Source: an uncultured Deferribacteres bacterium (GTDB taxonomy: Bacteria; Zhuqueibacterota; Zhuqueibacteria; Zhuqueibacterales; Geothermadaptataceae). From it: DNA of 18,336 bases. The stretch's first letter is position 1. Each line of letters begins with the position of its first letter. The translations under genes were made by a program, and so were the position numbers. The notes beneath the pieces were generated by a model, which saw only the letters and a program-made list of their open reading frames with translations, was not told where the DNA came from and did no database searches. Where the stretch lies: NCBI GenBank assembly GCA_964014485.1, contig CAXHAT010000160.1, positions 1-18,336 on the forward strand, given 5' to 3'. This document shows, one piece after another, positions 1-6,191 of the stretch.

Positions 1-28
1 TGGGCTCGGAGATGTGTATAAGAGACAG
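1..28 (+). other. Nextera/Tn5 sequencing adapter remnant (artifact)
   Basis: TGGGCTCGG followed by AGATGTGTATAAGAGACAG (10-28, the 19-bp Tn5 mosaic end) matches the 3' part of the Nextera read-2 transposase adapter. Confidence 0.97.
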
Positions 29-63
29 CGTTTCTCTGGTGCTGCTTGAGAAATTTTCAAGAG

Positions 64-83
64 TGCGTAACATCAGTTGAAAA
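64..83. repeat. Right end of a CTGATGTTACGC-type MITE-like element (rest not in the window)
   Basis: GCGTAACATCAG (65-76) is identical to the element end at 992-1003 and is followed by TTGAAAA (TTnnnAA). Confidence 0.7.
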
Positions 84-121
84 GTTGAAATCTGCTTGAA
101 TAGAAAGAAACGGAGGATATC

Positions 122-559
122 ATGGCCGGTCAAACTGACCCTTATCGCAATTTTCGTTTCAGAGTTGAGATCGACGGCGTTACGCAAGCCGGGTTTAACG
201 AAGTCAGCTTTGGCGATACGTCCACGGAAATGGCGGAATATCGGGAGGGCACGGATCCGCCGCACAACAGGAAGCTCTCCGGGCAAAACAAGTACGGCAA
301 TATCACTTTGAAATGGGGCCTGACCGATTCAACCGAGCTCTACGACTGGTACACGAAAGTTGTGGAAAAAGGCGCGGCGGGCAATCGCAAAAACATTGGT
401 CTCATCCTCATCGACGAGGCGGGCGACGACAAGGCGCGGTGGGACATCGAAAACGCCTGGCCGAACAAGTACGATCCCGCAGACTTCAGCGCCAAAGGAA
501 ACGATATTGCCATCGAGTCATTGGACATCGTGCTCGAGACTTACAAGCGAGTGCAATAG
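122..559 (+). CDS. eCIS tail tube protein (T4 gp19-like, Afp1/Pvc1-like)
   Basis: Motifs DPYRNFRFRVEIDG, AGFNEVS, EYREG, ITLKWGLTDSTELYDW, AWPNKY and IAIESL are typical of gp19-family tubes; GGAGG RBS at 112-116. Confidence 0.95.
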   Translation: MAGQTDPYRNFRFRVEIDGVTQAGFNEVSFGDTSTEMAEYREGTDPPHNRKLSGQNKYGNITLKWGLTDSTELYDWYTKVVEKGAAGNRKNIGLILIDEAGDDKARWDIENAWPNKYDPADFSAKGNDIAIESLDIVLETYKRVQ

Positions 560-612
560 GCGACGTTAAAGCAACGTTGCCGTCTTGTCTAAAACTTGAA
601 TTATTCATAAAC

Positions 613-637
613 GTCATTCACGCGTTAGCGGGAATCC
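613..637 (+). repeat. REP-like palindrome (ATTCCC-N8-GGGAAT / dRS3-like), degenerate copy
   Basis: GTCATTCACGCGTTAGCGGGAATCC is 21/25 identical to the copy at 18300-18324. Confidence 0.7.
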
Positions 638-783
638 ATAAATAACAACAGCTTGAGCGCAATTTTCAGGTAACGGTTCAGCGATGATGATTACAAAAAC
701 CAGAATAACAGTCCCCAGAAAAATTGTATCTATTTGACTTACAACGGGACACTAGTGATTTCGAGCTTGAACTAACTTATGAA

Positions 784-1003
784 CTGATGTTACGCGCCCG
801 CCCATTTGGCACGCGTTTAATTTTCATTAGCTCCGCTCTTCAGAGCGGAGGCTTTTGAAGAGAACTGTCTCACCTCTTCCGCCGCGCTGGCGCGGCGGAA
901 GAGAGAAAAATGGGCGTTTTGCGCGTCACCGGGCTGAAGCCCGGCGCTAATGAGACGAGGTTTGCCCAAAACTCAGGATGTGCGCTTCCGCGCGTAACAT
1001 CAG
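784..1003. mobile_element. MITE-like element with perfect terminal inverted repeats and a target duplication
   Basis: TIRs CTGATGTTACGCGC (784-797) and GCGCGTAACATCAG (990-1003) are flanked by direct repeat TTATGAA (777-783, 1004-1010). Equivalent reading: 16-bp TIR (782-1005) with 3-bp ATG duplication. Confidence 0.85.
824..953. repeat. REPIN-like triple-hairpin element, copy 1
   Basis: TCATTAGC...GCTAATGA inverted ends; hairpins at 831-850 (TTCA loop), 874-903 (14-bp perfect arms) and 929-944 (TGAA loop). Confidence 0.85.
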
Positions 1004-1028
1004 TTATGAAAAAACAGGACGGCGTGAA

Positions 1029-1427
1029 ATGAAAGGGATATACTTTTTTGCGGCAAGCGGGGTATTGGCGGTCTTCATAGCATGCAGTACTCCTCCGGTT
1101 GTTGAACCGCCTACTGATTGCACCTATTTTTTTGAGACTGTCATGGACTCGACAATTTCAGCCTCGACTCCGGCAAAAATCGCCGATTTGAAATGCTTCA
1201 GACAATTCTCGCTGTTGGCGAGATTTGAAGGCCAAGCAAATGAATCCTTCGATTTTGAAATTGGGTTCAATCGAACCACCGTTTATCGGGAAACCGTGGA
1301 GCTGAACGCGGCGGGCTGGGCAAACTTTGCCAAAGTCTATCCGGTTTATGCGCCGCGGGTCGGGATTGCCATCTATCATCCGCCGGCGAACACCAAAGTG
1401 AAAATGAGCATTTACGCGGGTCATTAA
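1029..1427 (+). CDS. Putative lipoprotein, unknown function (132 aa)
   Basis: MK, hydrophobic stretch and FIA-C19 lipobox-like site; AGGA about 9 nt upstream. The track start at 978 lies inside the MITE. Confidence 0.75.
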   Translation: MKGIYFFAASGVLAVFIACSTPPVVEPPTDCTYFFETVMDSTISASTPAKIADLKCFRQFSLLARFEGQANESFDFEIGFNRTTVYRETVELNAAGWANFAKVYPVYAPRVGIAIYHPPANTKVKMSIYAGH

Positions 1428-1476
1428 TTCCGGAGCGGGAGATTTGGTTTGATGTGATGAAAGAGGAGAATAAAAA

Positions 1477-1941
1477 ATGAAACGAATACTCGTGTTTATG
1501 TTTTTGGGGCCGCTGTTGATAAGTTGCCAGGATCCCAATGAAAGCGGAGTTCCTGACGGCAAGGATTTCAAAACGTCCACGGTCAATTGGAACGATCCGA
1601 ATCTGGTGGCGAATGTTTATTTCTATGCCGACATCGATCTAAACGAATTTTTCTTTTACTTCGATCATAACGATGATTCCAAGGCGGATTTTCTCATCAA
1701 ATGTAAACGGGATGAATTCAGGGTTCTCAAAGAATCGACGCCGGGCTCCGGGTTGTACGATGTTCTGAAGTATACCGGAACGCCGGCCCTGAGCGCCGGT
1801 CACTATCGCCTCGAATTCCCCCTGGCTGCTCTGGAACTCGAGTTCGATCCCAATGTTTTGACATACTATTGGTTTTATGCAATGGACGGCGGAGACAGAA
1901 TGCCGGATTCGGGCAGGAAAACGTTGGATATGCCCGGATAA
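1477..1941 (+). CDS. Putative lipoprotein, acidic/aromatic beta-rich domain (possibly DOMON/CBM9-like)
   Basis: GAGGAG RBS at 1463-1468; MKR, hydrophobic stretch, LIS-C17 lipobox; motifs FYFDHNDDSKADF, LEFPLAAL and DRMPDSG. Confidence 0.8.
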   Translation: MKRILVFMFLGPLLISCQDPNESGVPDGKDFKTSTVNWNDPNLVANVYFYADIDLNEFFFYFDHNDDSKADFLIKCKRDEFRVLKESTPGSGLYDVLKYTGTPALSAGHYRLEFPLAALELEFDPNVLTYYWFYAMDGGDRMPDSGRKTLDMPG

Positions 1942-1970
1942 GCAAATTGGAAACAGAAAAGAGAAGAACG

Positions 1971-2378
1971 ATGAACCGTGAAAAAGAAGAAGCCCGCGAA
2001 AAACTGGCTATCGCCAAAATCAGTGAGAAGGTCATCCGCTCAATGACTGAGCAGGACCGTGCGGCTAAGGCCAAAACGACAAACTTTTGCGTTGATGCAA
2101 AACTTTTGAAGAAGGGCCGTACGATTCAAGCCCGCCATCAGAAAATTCAAATCCATCGGGAAACATTGATGGTTTTCGCTGATAATGCGCTGTTATTGAA
2201 CTGGCGCCACCCTTGTAGCTACCTTCTCTGCCACGGAAAATGCGAAGAGCTTTATGATGAAGTAAACGCTGAATGCCTTCGCTGTCTGGCTGATCCGCCA
2301 AAGCCTCACAACGCGTTTTATCAGTCTGTTGGGCCAATAAAGAAACATTCAGAAGGGAGAAAGTACTATGCAAACTAA
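1971..2378 (+). pseudogene. Probable decayed N-terminal fragment of a peptidase (C13/legumain-like) gene, or small hypothetical protein
   Basis: VFADNALLLNWRHPCSYLL..ELYDEV resembles the VFADDAPLxNWxHPCRYLLY motif I recall preceding bacterial C13-like catalytic domains. No catalytic domain follows, and the 3' end overlaps the M4 gene start. Confidence 0.45.
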
Positions 2379-5328
2379 CGAATATATAACTCAAATAAAG
2401 CGCACCTTCGCGGCCATTGATCCCATGGTCAAGGTCCGTTGGGATCACGAACTTGATTACCCCGCTGCGATTAGAGGTAAGTTAACACCCCCTAGCGCGG
2501 AGAAACCAGAGAGAATCACCAAACTATTTCTGCGGGCTCACAAAGAAGTGTTTAAGATTAGCCACCCTCAGCAACAACTTAAGCTGGATCGAGTTAAGAC
2601 TGACAGTGTTGGCAACTCACGCTGCTACTTCCATCAGTTTTTTGATGGCCTTCCGGTGTGGGGTGGCTATGTTGCAGTGTTCACAGACTCTGATGGTATT
2701 GTCACTGCATTCGAAGCAAAATATCACATCGAACCCGACATCAAGACGCCCGGTGAGATTAGGGAGGCGCTGACGCACAAAGAACATGAAAAGAAATTAA
2801 TTTCTTCCCAAAAAGCCGTTGCCACAGCCCAAAAGCATAGTGGAGGAAAACAACAAGGTGAGCCGTTCCTACTCATTTATCCATATCAAAATGCCTATTA
2901 TCTAACTTATCATGTGGAAGTGAGCGGCACGGAAGGAAGAAATCCTGCCGATTGGGTTTACTTTATCGACGCCTATTCAGGGCGGATTATTAATCGCTAC
3001 AACACCATCGATTTTGCCGAAATGGTTGATGGCAGTGGCGTCGGCATTAATTTGGATGAAACAGCCGACGGCCCTGAACGCAGTTTTCGCGTTTTTCATG
3101 ACGATGACGACAACTATTATCTCCGCAATGCAGAATACAGCCCTGAAATTAAGGTATATGACATAGCTGGTGGCGGTGAACATGACGGCTTTGCCGATCG
3201 TGACGACCTGGCAATGGATCCCGATGGCCAATGGGATGATTATAGTAATCCCAGTCGAGTGGATAACCAACGACCGGAAGCGGAAGGTTATTGGGCGCTT
3301 CATCGAATCGTCGAATATTTTACCAGAGACAAGGTCGTGAGCGGTAATCACCTTTTCAATCGAAACGGTTGGGATGATAGTGGCGGAAACTGGCGTATGG
3401 TTGTACATTATCGTTCTGGGGCTGGTGTGGACAATATTGAATCCTTCTTCTCACGAAATAGCACTTACGGTAGTCGTGTGTACCATGGGGATGGGGATGG
3501 CACTCATCTCACCTACAAAGCAGTGCTCGACGCAAGCGCTCACGAATGGGTGCATGGAGTTCAATTTTCAGAGATTGCAGCTCCAGTTCCGGGGGCGAAC
3601 GCTGGCTTTGATGTAAGTTTATCAGATCCGTTCGCCATCCAAGAAGCAACAGCTGACGTACTTGCTTGCTGTCTGGATACCGAACGTGGCGGTTGGCACA
3701 TGGGAAAAGAGTTTGAGGAAAGCATTGTTCATTATAGCGGCACATATTCTAGTGCTATAGGCTTAAGGTTGCGCAGCATAGAGAATCCTTCGAAATATAA
3801 TGATTCTTCAGATCCTTCACATATCGTTGCGTTCTCTGATCATATGGAAGCGGCTGCTGACAGTTCTTCCCGAGGGTATGTTACCCCCGGTATGACTCGT
3901 ACAATGAATGGATACTTGAATTGTACAATTCTAAGCCATGCCTTTTATCTGATGGCAATGGGAGGCACGCACCCTACTGGCGTTATCGGCTATGATGAGA
4001 TCCAGGTTATTGGACAGGGGGTTGGCTTTGTTGAAAACATCGTTTATTATTATCTGGTTAATCATGCTGCGGCACAGGATACGCTGCAAAATTTCCGCGA
4101 TGGGATTATTGAGTCTTGCAAGGTTCTCTACCCAAGTGACACTTGTAAGGAATGGTGTGTCAAGCGCGCTTTTGATGCCGTTGGGCTCTATGATGGCAGC
4201 ATTGGCCGAGTAACAAACCTTCCAGAAGGCGTTAATCTCAACATCACTCCATGGGGAGCCAAGAACGGGACAACTCCGTACTGGCAGTCTCCGGATGTCT
4301 ATTGCCTTAACGAATCCGATGTCGTTGTCGAACCAAAGAAGAACCAGACTAATCGACTAATTGCCGTCGTTTGTAATCAAGGAAGTGCGACCGCTAATGG
4401 CACAACGGTGAATTTCTATTTTTCACCTTTCGGCATGGGTTATCGTCATGAGGATTTTAAGTTTATTGGAAGCGACACTATCGACGTGCCGGCAGATGGG
4501 TCCGACGTACAGGCTGAGGTGGAATGGGACCTTACAGATTTAACGGATGATTTCGGCGGAGTGTGGCCTTCTCCTGTGGAGGATTTCGATCATTTCTGTA
4601 TGAGAGTAGAAGTTGTTCACCCAGATGAAGTTTATTCTTGTGACAATCAATGCCAACATAACTTTACCAATGTTGATACTGTGCCGGATGAGGACGGGGA
4701 TGGGGTTTGGAGATTCTTAATTGCTAACCCTTATCCAAGACCAGTATGGGCAATGCTTCACGCACAATCCATGCTTCCGTCTTCGATGAAATATAGCTTG
4801 CGTTACTTTGGAAGCGAACAGATACCAATGGAAGAGATGCCTGAAAAGCCGCTTCATCTGCAAAAAAATGTACACCTGGTGCTGTTGGCGGCTAAACAGA
4901 AGCGAGTTGCGGAGCTAAGAATCTTCATCCCTCGAAAGGAAGCCCTACGGCTGGCGAAAAGTCCGGGGGGACGAGAGAACCTAAAATCAATGTCATTGGC
5001 AATGACAATAGGTGATGCAGAGCTTGGAGGCATTGAAGTGGGTTTCTTCGGGAAAGATTTATGGAACATCGTCAAAAAGAAACCGGAAGTTCCGGTTTTA
5101 CCAGAAAAGATTGGTATTGAGGGCAAGGTCTATAGCCTTTCTTATAATGATAGGGGTGAATTCATTGGCTTCACTCTACGATTAATTGATGGCACCAAGA
5201 GACACTTCGAGAGTATTTCAGAAAGGCTTGAGGAAAGATTAAATGAAGCGAGAGCAGAAAATCGATTCGTAGCAGTTCAGCCTAATGAGCTAGGCCGGCT
5301 TGCCTCAATCGTAATTGATGGAAGATAG
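2368..5328 (+). CDS. M4 (thermolysin-like) zinc metallopeptidase with FTP/PepSY propeptide, Ig/CARDB-like domain and C-terminal extension; no signal peptide
   Basis: FTP-like FHQFFDGLPVWGG; PepSY-like WVYFIDAYSGRII; HEWVH (3541-3555); third ligand QEATAD (E at 3643); HAFYLMAMGG; AFDAVG; WQSPDV-type beta-sandwich; GGGAG RBS at 2355-2359. Confidence 0.9.
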   Translation: MQTNEYITQIKRTFAAIDPMVKVRWDHELDYPAAIRGKLTPPSAEKPERITKLFLRAHKEVFKISHPQQQLKLDRVKTDSVGNSRCYFHQFFDGLPVWGGYVAVFTDSDGIVTAFEAKYHIEPDIKTPGEIREALTHKEHEKKLISSQKAVATAQKHSGGKQQGEPFLLIYPYQNAYYLTYHVEVSGTEGRNPADWVYFIDAYSGRIINRYNTIDFAEMVDGSGVGINLDETADGPERSFRVFHDDDDNYYLRNAEYSPEIKVYDIAGGGEHDGFADRDDLAMDPDGQWDDYSNPSRVDNQRPEAEGYWALHRIVEYFTRDKVVSGNHLFNRNGWDDSGGNWRMVVHYRSGAGVDNIESFFSRNSTYGSRVYHGDGDGTHLTYKAVLDASAHEWVHGVQFSEIAAPVPGANAGFDVSLSDPFAIQEATADVLACCLDTERGGWHMGKEFEESIVHYSGTYSSAIGLRLRSIENPSKYNDSSDPSHIVAFSDHMEAAADSSSRGYVTPGMTRTMNGYLNCTILSHAFYLMAMGGTHPTGVIGYDEIQVIGQGVGFVENIVYYYLVNHAAAQDTLQNFRDGIIESCKVLYPSDTCKEWCVKRAFDAVGLYDGSIGRVTNLPEGVNLNITPWGAKNGTTPYWQSPDVYCLNESDVVVEPKKNQTNRLIAVVCNQGSATANGTTVNFYFSPFGMGYRHEDFKFIGSDTIDVPADGSDVQAEVEWDLTDLTDDFGGVWPSPVEDFDHFCMRVEVVHPDEVYSCDNQCQHNFTNVDTVPDEDGDGVWRFLIANPYPRPVWAMLHAQSMLPSSMKYSLRYFGSEQIPMEEMPEKPLHLQKNVHLVLLAAKQKRVAELRIFIPRKEALRLAKSPGGRENLKSMSLAMTIGDAELGGIEVGFFGKDLWNIVKKKPEVPVLPEKIGIEGKVYSLSYNDRGEFIGFTLRLIDGTKRHFESISERLEERLNEARAENRFVAVQPNELGRLASIVIDGR

Positions 5329-5649
5329 GAAAAAGCGAGATTCATGTCTTTAAACCGACATTCCGCACATGAGTTTGGATGATCCTGAGTGTAGCTGTTC
5401 TGGGTACCCGCCCGCCAGCACGGGTATGGCATTTTGAACGATTGATTGTAAAATGGCGATTTATGAATAATTCAGGCCAATTCATATCGCGCACCATCAT
5501 GTTTTCTGGGCGCGACTTGGCCTGTATTAGTCTTGTCGCTCCTGCGCGGACGCATTCGCGTCAAGGAGGGTGCGAAGCGCCTGCGCCGGAAAGACAAGGC
5601 GTTGTATTCGCGAATTCAGATGTGAAACAACATCGCAGGAGTATTCAAG

Positions 5650-6015
5650 ATGACTTTCCAAACCGAGTATGAATTCACTTTGCCGAAGGGCTTTGTCGAC
5701 GCTGAAGGAAGTTTGCACAGGCAGGGCGTTATGCGCCTGGCCACCGCCGCGGACGAAATTCTGCCGCAAAAAGACCCGCGCGTGCAGCAAAATCCAGCAT
5801 ATCTGGCTGTGATCGTACTTTCGCGGGTCATCGACAAGCTGGGCGAAGTGACCAATATTACGCCGAAAACCATCGAAGGCTTGTTCTCGTCCGATCTGGC
5901 GTTTTTGCAGGATTTCTATCAGCGCATCAATGAAAACGGCCGTTCGGCAATCAAGGCAACGTGCCCAAAATGCGAGCATGAGTTTGAAATGGAACAAAAC
6001 GGCTCGGAGTCATAA
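5650..6015 (+). CDS. eCIS/phage tail assembly chaperone (TAC-like)
   Basis: FQTEYEFTLPKGFVD..G.LHRQGVMRLATAADEILPQKDPRV, IEGLFSSDLAFLQDFYQRIN and terminal CPKC; AGGAG RBS at 5637-5641. Confidence 0.9.
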   Translation: MTFQTEYEFTLPKGFVDAEGSLHRQGVMRLATAADEILPQKDPRVQQNPAYLAVIVLSRVIDKLGEVTNITPKTIEGLFSSDLAFLQDFYQRINENGRSAIKATCPKCEHEFEMEQNGSES

Positions 6016-6185
6016 GCGGCCGCCCCCTCGACCGCATTTTTCAGGAGGCGGCCTTCATTGCCTATTATTTTCATTGGCCTTTGGACGAGGTTTTGAACAT
6101 GGAGCATGGGATGCGGCGGCGTTGGTGTGATGAAATCTCGCGCATCAACCAACAACTCAACCAGCGCTCAAACGAAAACGGTTAG
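6012..6185 (+). CDS. Small DUF6760-like protein in the -1 frame of the chaperone (possible gpT-like frameshift extension); absent from the ORF track
   Basis: Reads ISGRPLDRIFQEAAFIAYYFHWPLDEVLNMEHGMRRRWCDEISRINQQLNQRSNENG*. The frame is open from 5988 with no ATG/GTG/TTG before the conserved region; ATA at 6012 overlaps the chaperone TAA. Confidence 0.8.
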   Translation: MSGRPLDRIFQEAAFIAYYFHWPLDEVLNMEHGMRRRWCDEISRINQQLNQRSNENG

Positions 6186-6191
6186 GCGAAA

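Larger units (their letters stand above)
595..5476. mobile_element. Putative non-autonomous, inverted-repeat-bounded accessory cassette
   Basis: TGAATTATTCATAAA (597-611) and TTTATGAATAATTCA (5460-5474) form a perfect 15-bp IR (16/17 over 595-611 and 5460-5476). It encloses all non-structural genes. No transposase or target-site duplication seen. Confidence 0.5.

Noticed and set aside
10..28. Tn5/IS50 transposon end
   Set aside because: It is the synthetic mosaic end preceded by Nextera primer sequence, with no transposase.
743..755. AACGGGACACTAG, resembling another MITE end with a CTAG target
   Set aside because: No convincing partner end in the window.
807..821. Possible sigma-54 promoter (TGGCACG)
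   Set aside because: No GC at the -12 position, and it lies inside a MITE.
874..903. Strong hairpins (also 7637-7668) as + strand intrinsic terminators
   Set aside because: They are followed by purine-rich sequence rather than a U-tract on the + strand and are better explained as repeat cores.
978..1028. Earlier start for lipoprotein 1
   Set aside because: It lies in the MITE end and would bury the signal peptide.
5553..5565. CATTCGCGTCAAG, 12/13 match to the inner MITE end at 7827-7839 (reverse complement)
   Set aside because: Single short match without a partner; could be chance or a relic.
5379..5672. 97-aa ORF upstream of the chaperone
   Set aside because: It spans the IR and hairpin region, overlaps the chaperone start and has no recognisable features.
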